A stretch of 64,000 nt of DNA from an uncultured candidate division Zixibacteria bacterium (GCA_963702205.1 OY969724.1:1472001-1536000), one strand, 5' to 3'; counted from the first letter of the stretch, positions 49,178 to 60,561 are shown. Notes: generated by a model not told the origin, from the letters alone. Program-made: numbers and translations.

Positions 49178-50728
49178 ATGTCACTTGACGATAGACTAAA
49201 AAAGCTCGATGAGATGCGTGAGCAGGCGCGTCTGGGCGGCGGGCAAACCCGTATTGAATCACAGCACGGCAAGGGCAAGCTTACTGCACGAGAGAGATTG
49301 GAACTTCTGCTCGACAAGAATTCGTTCGAAGAGTTCGACATGTTTGTCACTCACCGCTCATCCGATTTCGGACTGGCCGACCAAAAGATACTCGGAGACG
49401 GGGTCGTGACCGGCTGCGGAACGATCGACGGCCGCAAGGTGTTCGTGTTTTCTCAGGATTTCACCGTGTTTGGCGGATCGTTGTCTCACGCTCACGCCGA
49501 GAAAATCTGCAAGATAATGGACATGGCGATGAAAGTCGGGGCGCCTGTGATCGGCCTCAATGACTCCGGCGGGGCACGCATTCAAGAGGGCGTCGTCTCG
49601 TTGGGTGGCTATGCCGACATCTTCCTGCGTAATACGCTGGCGTCGGGCGTGGTGCCGCAGTTGTCGGTCATCATGGGTCCGTGCGCCGGTGGAGCGGTCT
49701 ACAGCCCGGCTATCACGGATTTCACCCTGATGGTGAAAAATACGTCGTACATGTTCGTGACCGGTCCCAACGTGGTTAAAACCGTAACGCATGAAGTGGT
49801 GTCGTCCGAAGAGCTCGGCGGAGCGATGACGCACGCCAGCAAATCCGGAGTGGCGCATTTCGCCTGTGAAAACGAAGCCGACGCCGTCACGACGCTGCGA
49901 AGTTTGTTAAGCTATCTTCCGCAAAACAACCTCGAAGAACCGCCGTTTGTCGAGACCGATGATCCCTGCGACCGCGAAGACGCGGCGCTGGATACGATCG
50001 TCCCGGAAAATCCGAATAAAGCGTACGATATGAAACTGGTCATCGCGCACGTGATGGATGACGGCAAATTCCTTGAAGTGCACGGTGAGTACGCCCAGAA
50101 TATAATTGTCGGGTTCGCGCGGCTGGGCGGGCGGTCGATCGGCATTATCGCCAATCAACCGGCGGTATTGGCCGGGTGTCTGGATATAAACTCCTCGCTC
50201 AAAGGAGCGCGGTTCATACGGTTCTGCGATGCCTTCAACATCCCGATTCTTACGTTCGAGGACGTGCCGGGCTTTCTGCCCGGGACAGATCAGGAGCACG
50301 GCGGAATTATCAAGCACGGTGCCAAGCTGTTGTACGCGTACTGTGAGGCGACGGTACCGAAGGTGACGGTCATTACGCGGAAAGCGTACGGTGGTGCGTA
50401 TGACGTTATGAATTCGAAGCACGTGCGCGGTGACATGAACTATGCCTGGCCGACGGCTGAAATCGCGGTGATGGGTCCCAAAGGCGCCGTCGAAATTATC
50501 TTCCGCAAAGAGATCGCCAAAGAAAAAGACCCTGAGGCGGCGGTCGAGAAAAAAACCGAGGAGTATCGTGAGAAATTCGCCAATCCGTTTATCGCGGCGG
50601 CACGGGGGTACGTGGATGATATAATTATGCCGCGCCAGACGCGGTCGCGACTGATTCGGGCGTTTCAGATGTTGGAGACAAAGAAAGACCAGAATCCGCT
50701 TAAAAAACACGGAAATATCCCGTTGTAA
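49178..50728 (+). CDS. pccB: Propionyl-CoA carboxylase beta subunit (carboxyltransferase)
   Basis: [26 protein letters not shown]. Confidence 0.93.
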   Translation: MSLDDRLKKLDEMREQARLGGGQTRIESQHGKGKLTARERLELLLDKNSFEEFDMFVTHRSSDFGLADQKILGDGVVTGCGTIDGRKVFVFSQDFTVFGGSLSHAHAEKICKIMDMAMKVGAPVIGLNDSGGARIQEGVVSLGGYADIFLRNTLASGVVPQLSVIMGPCAGGAVYSPAITDFTLMVKNTSYMFVTGPNVVKTVTHEVVSSEELGGAMTHASKSGVAHFACENEADAVTTLRSLLSYLPQNNLEEPPFVETDDPCDREDAALDTIVPENPNKAYDMKLVIAHVMDDGKFLEVHGEYAQNIIVGFARLGGRSIGIIANQPAVLAGCLDINSSLKGARFIRFCDAFNIPILTFEDVPGFLPGTDQEHGGIIKHGAKLLYAYCEATVPKVTVITRKAYGGAYDVMNSKHVRGDMNYAWPTAEIAVMGPKGAVEIIFRKEIAKEKDPEAAVEKKTEEYREKFANPFIAAARGYVDDIIMPRQTRSRLIRAFQMLETKKDQNPLKKHGNIPL

Positions 50729-50733
50729 TTGTA

Positions 50734-52254
50734 ATGAAGTCGAAGATTAACAAAATACTGATAGCCAATCGGGGGGAGATTGCGATTAGAGTGATTCGGG
50801 CGTGCAAAGACGCCGGGATACAATCGGTCGCGATATATTCTGAGTGTGACTGTACTGCCCTGCACGTTCGTCTCGCCGATGAAGCGTACTGTGTCGGCCC
50901 GGCTCCGTCCAAAGACAGCTACCTCAATCAGCAAAAAATACTCGAAGTCATCAAAAAGTCCGGAGCGCATGCGGTGCATCCGGGCTATGGTTTTCTTGCG
51001 GAGAATGCATCGTTTGCAAAGCTGTGCGAAGATAACGGCATTGTATTCATCGGACCCAGGTCAGAGACAATTGCGCTGTTGGGCGACAAACTGGAAGCGC
51101 GTCAGACCGCAATCAAAGCCGGCTTGCCGGTCGGGGCGGGCACGGATTTCGATATCAAAGATATACCGAAAGCCGCCAAACTGGCCAAAGAAATAGGGTT
51201 CCCGATTCTGGTCAAGGCCGCGGCTGGCGGCGGCGGCAAAGGTATGCGCGTCATCCGCGAAGGCGACAATATTGTCGAGTCGATCGAGTCGGCCATACGC
51301 GAGGCCGGGTCGGCATTCGGCGACGGGCGTGTCTATTTCGAGAAGTATTTCGAGCGGCCGCACCACGTCGAGATACAAATATTGGCGGATCAGCACGGTA
51401 ACGTGATACATTTGAATGAACGCGAATGCTCAGTACAAAGGCGGCATCAGAAAGTGATCGAGGAATCGCCGTCACCGATCATGACCCCGGAACTGCGGCA
51501 GAAAATGGGCGGCGCGGCGGTCGAGATCGCCAAGGCGTCGAATTATGTCGGGGCCGGGACGGTCGAGTTTCTGGTCGACGACCAACTGAATTTCTATTTT
51601 CTCGAAGTTAATACGCGGTTGCAGGTGGAGCATACGGTGACGGAGATGGTGACCGGAATCGATATCGTGCGCGAGATGTTCCGTATCGCCGAGGGTCAGT
51701 CGCTGTCGTACCGTCAGGAAGACGTGCAGACGCGCGGTCACGCTATTGAGTGTCGCATCTATGCCGAAGACAGCGCCAACAATTTTATGCCGTCGACCGG
51801 GACGCTGAAAGAATACCGGGAGCCGACCGGTCCGGGAGTGCGTCTCGATGCCGGGGTAGTGCCGGGATCGGAAATACCGATTTACTATGATCCGATTATC
51901 TCCAAGATGATAGTCTGGGGCGAGGATCGCGAGCAGTGCATCGAACGGACGATTCGCGCGTTAAAAGAGTATCGTATATCGGGCGTATGTACTACGATCG
52001 ATTTCGCGCTGGCGGTGATGAAGAATGAATCCTTCGGCGAAGGCAAGTACGCCACGGATTTCATCGACCGGGAATTTCCGGACCGCAAATTTGGCAGTAA
52101 TCGCGATGAACTGGAACGCAAGGCCGCAATGGCGGCACTTGTATATGAGATGATGCGCCGTAACGGCAATGCCAATAATATGCATGCAAAAAGAGAGAGT
52201 CCGATCAGCAACTGGCTGGCACATTACCGCCGGGAAGGTATCAAAGGGCTTTAA
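50734..52254 (+). CDS. accC: Biotin carboxylase subunit
   Basis: ANRGEIA, GGGGKGM, RECSVQRRHQK, EVNTRLQVEH. Confidence 0.92.
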   Translation: MKSKINKILIANRGEIAIRVIRACKDAGIQSVAIYSECDCTALHVRLADEAYCVGPAPSKDSYLNQQKILEVIKKSGAHAVHPGYGFLAENASFAKLCEDNGIVFIGPRSETIALLGDKLEARQTAIKAGLPVGAGTDFDIKDIPKAAKLAKEIGFPILVKAAAGGGGKGMRVIREGDNIVESIESAIREAGSAFGDGRVYFEKYFERPHHVEIQILADQHGNVIHLNERECSVQRRHQKVIEESPSPIMTPELRQKMGGAAVEIAKASNYVGAGTVEFLVDDQLNFYFLEVNTRLQVEHTVTEMVTGIDIVREMFRIAEGQSLSYRQEDVQTRGHAIECRIYAEDSANNFMPSTGTLKEYREPTGPGVRLDAGVVPGSEIPIYYDPIISKMIVWGEDREQCIERTIRALKEYRISGVCTTIDFALAVMKNESFGEGKYATDFIDREFPDRKFGSNRDELERKAAMAALVYEMMRRNGNANNMHAKRESPISNWLAHYRREGIKGL

Positions 52255-52266
52255 CGGGAAAAGAGC

Positions 52267-52782
52267 ATGGCGGAATCAGAAAAATATATAGTTACTGTCG
52301 ATGAAAAAGAGCACGAGTTGAGTATACAATCTCGAGGCGATGGCTTTCTTGTTATCAATGAGTCTGATGAATTCGATATAAAGGCCGAAAAACTTCCCGA
52401 TGGCAAATACCTGATGCGGTTTGGGGCCTCATCGGAAGAGACTATAATAAGCCCGAACGGCGGCTCTCTTAAAGTATTTCTGGGCGGTCAACAATTCGAT
52501 GTCCTGGTTGAATCACACAGCCTGGCCGAGTTGCGAAAGAAGGCGGGCGCGGCCTCAGGCGGAGTCAAAGATAAAATTATCAAAGCACCCATGCCGGGGC
52601 TGGTGCTGGGCGTTGAAGTCATGCCGGGCCATGAGATCAGGAAAGGTCAGACGCTGGTAATTATCGAAGCGATGAAAATGGAAAATATAATTAAGGCTGT
52701 AACGGCCGGCCAGGTCAGAGCGGTTTATGTGGAAACGGGGCAGGCGGTGGAGAAAAACGACAGACTGGTGGAGTTGGAATAG
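52267..52782 (+). CDS. Biotin carboxyl carrier protein
   Basis: APMPG and EAMKMEN. Confidence 0.93.
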   Translation: MAESEKYIVTVDEKEHELSIQSRGDGFLVINESDEFDIKAEKLPDGKYLMRFGASSEETIISPNGGSLKVFLGGQQFDVLVESHSLAELRKKAGAASGGVKDKIIKAPMPGLVLGVEVMPGHEIRKGQTLVIIEAMKMENIIKAVTAGQVRAVYVETGQAVEKNDRLVELE

Positions 52783-54349
52783 ATGACCGGCCCAAAAAAG
52801 ACAACCTCGGGAATAGAAGTTCCCGTGGTAGCTGAAACCAAAGCGGTCGACAGTATATTTGTCGGGCATCCGGGGAAGTACCCGTTACACCCGTGGAATT
52901 TATCCCGATATGTACCGTGGACGCCTGTGGACCATGCGCCAGTATGCCGGGTTCGGGACGGCCGAGGAAACCAACCGGCGTTTTCGTTATCTTCTGGAAA
53001 ACGGTCAGACCGGGCTGTCGGTGGCATTTGACCTGGCGACACAAATCGGCTATGACAGCGATCATCCCCTGGCCCGTGGCGAAGTAGGCCGTACCGGCGT
53101 CGCGATCGATTCGATCGAGGATATGGAGACGCTGTTCGACAAGATTCCGCTGGGCGAAGTGTCGACGTCGATGACCATCAATTCCACGGCGGTGATACTG
53201 CTGGCTATGTACATCGCGGTCGCAAAAAAGCAGGGTGTGCCACCGGAGAAAATATCGGGCACCATACAGAATGATATTCTAAAGGAATTTATCGCCCGCA
53301 AGACATATATCTTTCCCCCGGAACCGTCGATGCGCATTATCACCGATATTTTTTCATACGCCGGCGGTCATCTGCCGAAGTTCAACACCATTTCGATTTC
53401 CGGCTATCATATTCGTGAGGCCGGCTCCACCGCGGCGCAGGAGATTGCTTTCACCCTGGCCGACGCCAAATCGTACGTGGAAAGTGCCCTTACGGCAGGA
53501 TTGAGCGTCGATGATTTCGCTCCGCGCTTGTCGTTCTTTTTTGCCGCGCACAGCAATATTCTCGAAGAAGTCGCCAAATTCCGGGCGGCGCGGCGTATCT
53601 GGGCGAAAATTATGAAAGAGAAGTACAAAGCCGGATCTGATCGGTCGCTGCTGCTGCGTTTCCACACGCAAACCGGAGGATCGACCCTTACCGCTCAACA
53701 GCCGGAAAATAATATTGTCCGTACCGCCATGCAGGCGCTGGCGGCCGTCCTGGGCGGCACTCAATCGCTGCATACGAATTCGTTCGATGAAGCGCTGGCT
53801 CTCCCGACCGAGAAATCGGCGGAGATCGCTCTGCGGACCCAGCAGATACTGGCTTATGAATCCGGTGTAACCGATTCGGCCGATCCGCTGGGCGGGTCGT
53901 ATCTCGTGGAGTATCTCACCGATCAACTGGAAGCCAAAATCCTGTCTTTGATGGATGAAATAGATCAACGGGGCGGAGCCGTGAAATGTGTCGAGTCGGG
54001 ATATTTCAAAGACGAAATCGCCAAGTCGGCGTATAAGTATCAAAAGGCGATTGAAAGCGAGGAGATGACTATAGTCGGCGTGAATAAATTTAATTCCGAC
54101 CGTCCCGGCCCGACCGATATTTTAAAAGTAAATCCCGATTTGGAAAGAATACAGGTCGAAAAACTTAAAGCATTGAGAATGCGCCGGGGCAGCGAAAAAA
54201 TAGCAAAAGTCCTGAAAAAACTCGAAAACACCGCCCGGGGACAGGATAATATTGTTCCGGCGGTAATATCGGCCGTTGAAAATTACGCAACCGTCGGGGA
54301 AATCTCCGATTGTCTGAGAAATATCTGGGGTGAATATCATGAAAGTTAA
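52783..54349 (+). CDS. Methylmalonyl-CoA mutase large subunit, with a frameshift near 52884-52888
   Basis: [12 protein letters not shown] joins YTRG..RQYAGFG after one base is removed; Y/R specificity pair. Confidence 0.9.
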
Positions 54350-54857
54350 ATATCTTTTTGCCGTGGCCGCGATCATCGCTTTAATCGCTTCCTGTTCTCA
54401 AAAAGAAGCCTCGAAACCGTCCGATGGCGCTCAATATGCCGTCGGTTCCGACAAGGAACAGGTAAAGCATGACGTTTCTGATTTTTTCGACCGTATGCGT
54501 GAAGGCGACAAGACGGTGCTTTATGAGAACGAGTTTCCGTATTATAAGCAGTTGGCATCGCTCAATGACTATTATACGTTCGATCAGATTATGGCTTACC
54601 AGTATGACACGATGAAGGCCATGACGGTTGACAGTGTAACGATTATGGCCGATTCGGCCATAGCCTATATAACGGTTACCTACGAACTTCGTGCGGGCGG
54701 AGAAACCACGCAAGATTATCCGGTCCGTATGTACCGCTCCGGCGACCACTGGATTAAGCCCTCGATGTCGAACGTACGCCAGGAGGCGGAATACGAAGAT
54801 TTCAAAAGGGGTGAAAAAGAGGCCGAACAATACAACAATTCCGGGGGCGGCAAATGA
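54339..54857 (+). CDS. Hypothetical lipoprotein
   Basis: Lipobox IASC; overlaps both neighbours as in an operon. Confidence 0.7.
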   Translation: MKVKYLFAVAAIIALIASCSQKEASKPSDGAQYAVGSDKEQVKHDVSDFFDRMREGDKTVLYENEFPYYKQLASLNDYYTFDQIMAYQYDTMKAMTVDSVTIMADSAIAYITVTYELRAGGETTQDYPVRMYRSGDHWIKPSMSNVRQEAEYEDFKRGEKEAEQYNNSGGGK

Positions 54858-55249
54858 AGCTGTCGCATATCGGAATAGCCGTGGAAAATCTGGAACAGGC
54901 GGAGCGTATATTTGCCGACCTTCTGGGGGCCGAGCCGGGGCATATATCGGAAGTGCCCGACCAGAAAATCAAGGCGATGTTTTTTCCGCTCGATGACGGG
55001 AGTGCGATCGAGTTGTTAATGCCGACCGACAGCGGCAGCCCGATCAAACAATTCCTCGACAAACGCGGCCCGGGCATTCACCATGTGGCCTTTGTCGTAG
55101 ATGATATCGAAGGAAAATTGGAAGAGCTTAAAGCCAGGGGCTATCGTCTGATCGACGAAACCCCGCGCATAGGCGCGACCGGCAACAAAATTGCCTTCAT
55201 GCACCCGGCATCCACGTCGGGCGTTCTTATTGAACTCAAAGAAGAATAA
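54854..55249 (+). CDS. mce: Methylmalonyl-CoA epimerase
   Basis: HIGIAV, IELL, GIHHVA, HPASTSGVLIEL. Confidence 0.94.
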   Translation: MKLSHIGIAVENLEQAERIFADLLGAEPGHISEVPDQKIKAMFFPLDDGSAIELLMPTDSGSPIKQFLDKRGPGIHHVAFVVDDIEGKLEELKARGYRLIDETPRIGATGNKIAFMHPASTSGVLIELKEE

Positions 55250-56017
55250 TTATCGTTTGGTAGGTTGAGCCTCGGGACGAACGGCCCCGCAACGGCGGCA
55301 TTGCGCGTTGTCGTTGTGGTTTATCATGCGGCATTCGGGACAGCGCCAGAAATGTTCCGAACTGCGCCCGAGGGGATTGCGTGAATTTTGTATTCGTCTG
55401 TTTCTCATGAAAAAGAAAGCGGCCAGCATCAGAAGCAAAAGGACATAAAGATAGTTCATGCTGTGGTCCGGTGGGTAAAGGCTGTCTTCGAGTTTGGCCG
55501 TAATCATGGCCGAATCGAAAAATTGCGCAATTTCATTTATCGTGAAGGAATCAGGTTTGGCGTTGACTTCATACTGAAGTAAATACAATACCTGTCCCGT
55601 TTCCGATACATTGCAAAAAAGCCCTTTGACTTTGAGATAAAGGTAATTGTCGACGTCCTTCTCACCGGTTTGGTACGTTGTGTCGAAAGTTACGATTTTG
55701 CCGTCATCGTGATATTCGAGAGATACATCGTTGCCCGGAGGAACGCCCAGATCGGAATACAACCCTTTTTCCGCCGCGACCATCGCTTCATGCGTTTTTA
55801 TGCGACTTTCATCGCCCAGTACAAAACGGCGAATCAGGAGAATATCGGGATTGGGAGAATTAGAGCGGACTTCGATTTGATCATCGGAAATATGCTCCAC
55901 CGTCCAGCCCGGAGGCGTCTGAAACTGCATTTCATGAAAAGTCGCAGCGGTCATAACCCCGGCAATGGCCACCGTAATAGAGGTCGAAAAGACAACGAAT
56001 AAAAGCCAATATCTCAT
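55250..56017 (-). CDS. Membrane protein with a C-terminal RanBP2-like zinc finger
   Basis: Signal peptide, TM helix, WRCPECRMINHNDNAQCRRCG. Confidence 0.7.
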   Translation of the reverse strand: MRYWLLFVVFSTSITVAIAGVMTAATFHEMQFQTPPGWTVEHISDDQIEVRSNSPNPDILLIRRFVLGDESRIKTHEAMVAAEKGLYSDLGVPPGNDVSLEYHDDGKIVTFDTTYQTGEKDVDNYLYLKVKGLFCNVSETGQVLYLLQYEVNAKPDSFTINEIAQFFDSAMITAKLEDSLYPPDHSMNYLYVLLLLMLAAFFFMRNRRIQNSRNPLGRSSEHFWRCPECRMINHNDNAQCRRCGAVRPEAQPTKR

Positions 56018-56068
56018 ATAATCGGTATCGACAGAAAGCGAAGGAAGCTGTATTGACCGCGCTTGGGG

Positions 56069-56443
56069 CTATTTGCGGCGGGGCTTTTTGGGTTTCGGTC
56101 CGGCAGCCAGCGCCCTCTTGAAGACGTCGGCGAAATCCGATTTGAGCGATGTTACCGCGCCACCGACGGCATAATCGAGAAATTCCTCGCGACTCATCAG
56201 CGGTGTGTATTCATAGGCGTGACTCACCTTTTTGCGCACGAGATAGTGCTTTGTCACGAGGCGGTTCATGATGGTCATGACGGTGGTATAGGCGTACGAT
56301 CGCTCTTTGGACAGAAAATAATGCACGCGCTTGACGGTCAGGCTTTTGTTGACCCAGATGATTTCCATTACTCTGGCTTCCAGACCGCCCATGAATTTCT
56401 CCAGCCCCGGCCGGTCCGGGTGAAGGATAAGTTGCGGCTTCAT
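56069..56443 (-). CDS. BlaI/MecI/CopY family transcriptional regulator
   Basis: LEARVMEIIW, AYTTVMTIMNRL. Confidence 0.9.
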   Translation of the reverse strand: MKPQLILHPDRPGLEKFMGGLEARVMEIIWVNKSLTVKRVHYFLSKERSYAYTTVMTIMNRLVTKHYLVRKKVSHAYEYTPLMSREEFLDYAVGGAVTSLKSDFADVFKRALAAGPKPKKPRRK

Positions 56444-56444
56444 G

Positions 56445-56609
56445 CTATTCTATGTGGATGCCTTTGTTGCTCTTGCAAAACAGCATCCGTCCGCCGATGG
56501 CTATCAGCAGTATCGGCAGAGCATAATCCCAGACGTCGCCGGGAATCACATTGGCCCGCGTCAAGAGCAACAGGGCACCGGCTATGATCAGTATCAATCC
56601 GACAAACAT
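56445..56609 (-). CDS. 54-aa two-helix membrane protein (DUF5668/LiaF-TM-like), missing from the ORF track
   Basis: Manual translation MFVGLILIIAGALLLLTRANVIPGDVWDYALPILLIAIGGRMLF..; GGAG SD; abuts the BlaI gene. Confidence 0.75.
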   Translation of the reverse strand: MFVGLILIIAGALLLLTRANVIPGDVWDYALPILLIAIGGRMLFCKSNKGIHIE

Positions 56610-56629
56610 GTTACTTCTCCAACTTTATG

Positions 56630-57625
56630 CTATAAACAGTTTTTAACTGCCTGAAGGTTTTCGAATGAAATGTGGGGGTCGATGGCACAGCCCGGTCCGA
56701 AAATGAACCTCTTGCCGTTCATACGTTCTTTTATTTTCGAGATCTCGTTGGCTATTTCGCCCGGTGTGGCGTGCCACAGCCAGCCGGTATAATCCAGACC
56801 GGCCACGGCCGTTTTGTCACCGATGTCCCTAAAGCTGTTGTCGAGGTTGACATTGGTCGGATGCGCGTCGTCCCAGTTAACCATCTGTACCGGGTAATCG
56901 GCCAGTTCCTTTAAATAATTATTCCCGGCGCAGACGTGGAGCATATTGACGGCATCGTCGCCGGCGGCCTTTATGATTCGCAAATCGAGCGGACGGCACC
57001 AGCGGGCGTATTGTTCATAAGAAATCATATCCGATGACGCCCATTCCAGAGTGGCGTAGAAAAGCCCGTCGGCTCCGGCATTACGAATCTCGGCGGCGTA
57101 TTTCTCGAAAGTCTGCGTTATATTTTCGAGCGCCGCAAGGACATGCTTTTCATCGGCCTGCAAATGTCCTTTGAGTTTGTCGGCGCTTCCCACGAGGTAG
57201 CGGGCGATCCCGAGCGGGTTGAAAACCGTCATGAACAGAGGGAGTTCCCTCGGGAAGGCTTTTTTGATCAGAGCGATTGCTTTAAGGTGCTCGGCCAGGA
57301 CCGGTGCGGTCGGCGGCAGGACATTGATTTTATCCCAGTCGGATATTTCATTAACCGGGAATTCGATCTTGGTTTGTTTTTCGAATTCATCGGTCGACCA
57401 CTCCAGTTTAAGACCCCAGTCTTCCATGTGATAGCTCGCCCGGGGATTAATTTTCATGAAATCCCAGTCGAATCGGTTCTGAAACTCGATCATGGCCGCG
57501 GCCAGGTTTTCGGTCGTGGTTTCGCGATGGTAGAAATGCCGCCAGACGGAAGCTGCGAACCGGTCCGGTTTCTCGCCGGAAAGGATCATATTAAGTCGTT
57601 CCCGGTGTGAATATCGGTCGGGCAT
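56630..57625 (-). CDS. Uroporphyrinogen decarboxylase/MtaA-like superfamily protein
   Basis: WRHF, MLHVC, FGPGC. Confidence 0.78.
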   Translation of the reverse strand: MPDRYSHRERLNMILSGEKPDRFAASVWRHFYHRETTTENLAAAMIEFQNRFDWDFMKINPRASYHMEDWGLKLEWSTDEFEKQTKIEFPVNEISDWDKINVLPPTAPVLAEHLKAIALIKKAFPRELPLFMTVFNPLGIARYLVGSADKLKGHLQADEKHVLAALENITQTFEKYAAEIRNAGADGLFYATLEWASSDMISYEQYARWCRPLDLRIIKAAGDDAVNMLHVCAGNNYLKELADYPVQMVNWDDAHPTNVNLDNSFRDIGDKTAVAGLDYTGWLWHATPGEIANEISKIKERMNGKRFIFGPGCAIDPHISFENLQAVKNCL

Positions 57626-58405
57626 TTATTCCTTCTCCGTCTCCTGCCAATCTTCGAAAAGCTTGTAATAGTGTTTCGGATATTTCGGAGTGTAGCGCAA
57701 AAATGCGGGCATGGGATAGCGAATCCCGCCGTCGTGAGTGCCTTCCAGACCGGTAATGAGGTCTTCTTCGATGCCGACCGGCAACGACATGGCCATTTCA
57801 TCGTCCTGTGTTTGTCCGAAAACCCGATCGCCGTAACATGGCAGAATTACCTGGGGCTTGTTGGTTTTCATGGTTTCGATACAAATGTCGGCGCAGTCGA
57901 GGCGTCCCGAGAATTTGCTGGTAAGATAGCCGCCCTTTTTATAGAGCACGGCTGTCAGGAGGCGCATGACCTGGGCCGAGTTGCCGTAGACGAGGAAAAC
58001 GTGCGGTTGGAAATCGGCCCGCGCCAGGGGGGCCGTCAAAATGTAGCGATATTCCTTAAACGAAAAGCGCGGCACCTCGGCCTCGGTCCGGGCTCCGGCC
58101 GATCTGGTCTCTGTAAACATCCCGGCGCACATCTCGCCGCAGGAAAAAGAGTCCGTCTCTTTTTTAAAACCGAAAGCCGTCAGGGCCAGCGGGCAGTTGA
58201 TGTCTTCTTCGCCGACCGCGAGCTGCCAGCCGTAGCGGCGCGCCATGGAGAACGTCTGGCAAATGGCCACCTGCACGTCCAGATCGCGCTTCGGACGCCG
58301 GGTACGTTCGGACAGTTCCTCACCGTCCTTGACAAATCTTATGGCGAGGGGATATGATCCCGGCCGTACATATTTGGTCAACGCTTCATCCAATTTATTA
58401 AACAT
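57626..58405 (-). CDS. DUF169 domain protein
   Basis: CQ..ARRYG, CPLA, PCYGDR. Confidence 0.82.
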   Translation of the reverse strand: MFNKLDEALTKYVRPGSYPLAIRFVKDGEELSERTRRPKRDLDVQVAICQTFSMARRYGWQLAVGEEDINCPLALTAFGFKKETDSFSCGEMCAGMFTETRSAGARTEAEVPRFSFKEYRYILTAPLARADFQPHVFLVYGNSAQVMRLLTAVLYKKGGYLTSKFSGRLDCADICIETMKTNKPQVILPCYGDRVFGQTQDDEMAMSLPVGIEEDLITGLEGTHDGGIRYPMPAFLRYTPKYPKHYYKLFEDWQETEKE

Positions 58406-58584
58406 GGGGACTCCTTTTATTCAATATATCAATACGCCGAATATGCTGTCAACAACAATGGCGTCCAGCCTTTCTGTGTAATATCTGAACATTGCGAATT
58501 GCCAGCCTTCAAAACGCGCCGCGACTGCCGAAACAATAACTGTGAGGGCTGGGAACCGTTAATAATAAAGATTCAGGGAGATAC

Positions 58585-59952
58585 ATGGCACCCAGAATTT
58601 TGGTGGTCGACGATGAGCAGTCGATGCGTGATTTTATGGAAATCATGCTCACGAAAGACGGATATGCCGTAGCAACCGCGTCCTCGGGCCGCGAGGCCGT
58701 AAACAAGACCCAATCAGAAAAATATGATCTCATTATCGCGGATTTAATGATGCCGGAAATGTCCGGCATGGAGCTTCTCAGTGAAATAAAAAAGACCAAT
58801 CCGGGACAGGATTTTATCGTCATGACCGCTTTCGCCTCGGTCGATACGGCGATCAAAGCGATGAAGCACGGGGCGCTTGATTATGTCATCAAGCCGTTCA
58901 AGATCGACGAGATCAAGCTGGTTATAGAAAAATCGGTCAGTCGCAAAAAACTCAAGACCGAAAACGAATTTCTGAAAAAGCAGTTGAAGCAGGATTTCTC
59001 TTTCGAGGATTTTATCGGGCAGTCGAGTGATATCGTGCAGCTGAAAGAGCTGGCTCAGAAAATTTCCGCCACCGATTCGACCGTTCTCATACGCGGCGAA
59101 TCGGGCACCGGTAAGGACCTGATCGCCCGCGCCATACACACGTCATCGCCGCGCGCATCGGGACCGTTCGTGACTATCAACTGCGCGGCGCTTCCGGAAA
59201 ATCTGCTCGAATCGGAATTGTTCGGTTATAAGAAAGGTGCTTTCACCGGGGCCGTCAAGGACAAGGACGGTTTGTTCAAAGTGGCCGATGGTGGGACCAT
59301 GTTTCTCGATGAGATCGGCAATACTACTCCCGCGATCCAGGTGAAATTATTGAGAGTGCTGGAGGACCAACAAATCACCGCGGTCGGCGCGATCGCCCCG
59401 ATTCAGGTCGACGTGCGCTTGATCGCGGCGACAAACGCCAATCTCGAAGAAGACGTCAAGTCCGGGCAATTTCGGTCCGACTTGTTTTATCGGCTGAACG
59501 TAATCCCGATCAATATCATTCCGCTTCGCGAACGGGTGGAGGACATTCCGCTTCTGGCTAATTATTTCATAAAGAATTACTGCCTGCGCAGCGATCTTCC
59601 GGTTAAATATATCGGCCAGGACGCGATGGAAGTGCTTTACCGTTACCACTGGCCGGGCAATGTTCGGGAACTGGAAAATTGTATTGAGCGGGCGGTTTTA
59701 TTGTCCAAGGGTGATGTCATCGAGACGTCAGATTTTCCGCAGAAAATAGTTGAAAACCGTCGTGAATCGATGGTGGCCGACGACAGCCCCAAGACGCCGA
59801 CCCTGGAGTCGATTGAAAAAGCCTATATACATTATGTTATGGATCAGGCCCAGGGGCAGAAAACCAAAGCGGCTAAGATTCTTGGGATCGACAACAGTAC
59901 CCTGTACAGGAAATTAAAGAGGTATCAACTGGATAAATCGGAAAAAAGTTAA
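58585..59952 (+). CDS. Sigma54-dependent response regulator (PilR/AtoC-like)
   Basis: Receiver domain, GESGTGK, GAFTGA, Fis-type HTH. Confidence 0.93.
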   Translation: MAPRILVVDDEQSMRDFMEIMLTKDGYAVATASSGREAVNKTQSEKYDLIIADLMMPEMSGMELLSEIKKTNPGQDFIVMTAFASVDTAIKAMKHGALDYVIKPFKIDEIKLVIEKSVSRKKLKTENEFLKKQLKQDFSFEDFIGQSSDIVQLKELAQKISATDSTVLIRGESGTGKDLIARAIHTSSPRASGPFVTINCAALPENLLESELFGYKKGAFTGAVKDKDGLFKVADGGTMFLDEIGNTTPAIQVKLLRVLEDQQITAVGAIAPIQVDVRLIAATNANLEEDVKSGQFRSDLFYRLNVIPINIIPLRERVEDIPLLANYFIKNYCLRSDLPVKYIGQDAMEVLYRYHWPGNVRELENCIERAVLLSKGDVIETSDFPQKIVENRRESMVADDSPKTPTLESIEKAYIHYVMDQAQGQKTKAAKILGIDNSTLYRKLKRYQLDKSEKS

Positions 59953-60031
59953 TCTTCAATTCGTGTCCAAATACTAAACAACTTGAGAATCCCGGTATGA
60001 AATTCGACAATAACGAAGAAGATTATCGTTC

Positions 60032-60046
60032 CGGTATAGCATTTGC
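60032..60046 (+). promoter_or_regulatory. Putative sigma54 -24/-12 promoter of pilin 1
   Basis: CGGTATAGCATTTGC has GG-N10-GC spacing. Confidence 0.6.
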
Positions 60047-60089
60047 CTTAAACCCTGATAAATAATTAGCCAAAGGCAAGAGGTATATT

Positions 60090-60512
60090 GTGAATAAAGC
60101 AAGATTAGAATCGGGTTTCACGCTGATCGAACTGATGATAGTCGTCGTAATCATAGGTATTCTGGCCGCCTTGGCCATACCGAGGATGATGGCGGTCCCG
60201 GTCAGGACCAAGCAAGGCGAAGCCAAGCTTATACTTAAGCAGATTTATGTCAACCAGAGGACATTTCGACAGCAGGGCAATACCTATTATATCCCGGCGG
60301 CCGACGCCAGCGCCGCAAACCGTCAGGCTTTCAAATCCATCTGGATCGAGATAATGCCTTCGTCCAATTATACTTACCACATTGACGGCGATGCCATGAC
60401 TTTCACGGCCACCGCCACCGCGGTCAATCTCGATGATGATGCCGCACCGGACGTTTGGACCATCGACAATACCGGGACGCTGTTGTGTCTTTCTGATGAT
60501 GCGATGTTGTAG
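60090..60512 (+). CDS. Type IV pilin 1
   Basis: G|FTLIELMIVVVIIGILAALAIP. Confidence 0.92.
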   Translation: MNKARLESGFTLIELMIVVVIIGILAALAIPRMMAVPVRTKQGEAKLILKQIYVNQRTFRQQGNTYYIPAADASAANRQAFKSIWIEIMPSSNYTYHIDGDAMTFTATATAVNLDDDAAPDVWTIDNTGTLLCLSDDAML

Positions 60513-60533
60513 GGTAACAACAGGCTAAGCACG

Positions 60534-60561
60534 GGCGTGCCACATAAGGCACGCCTTTTTT
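60534..60561 (+). terminator. Intrinsic terminator between the pilins
   Basis: GGCGTGCC-ACATAA-GGCACGCC followed by TTTTTT. Confidence 0.82.
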
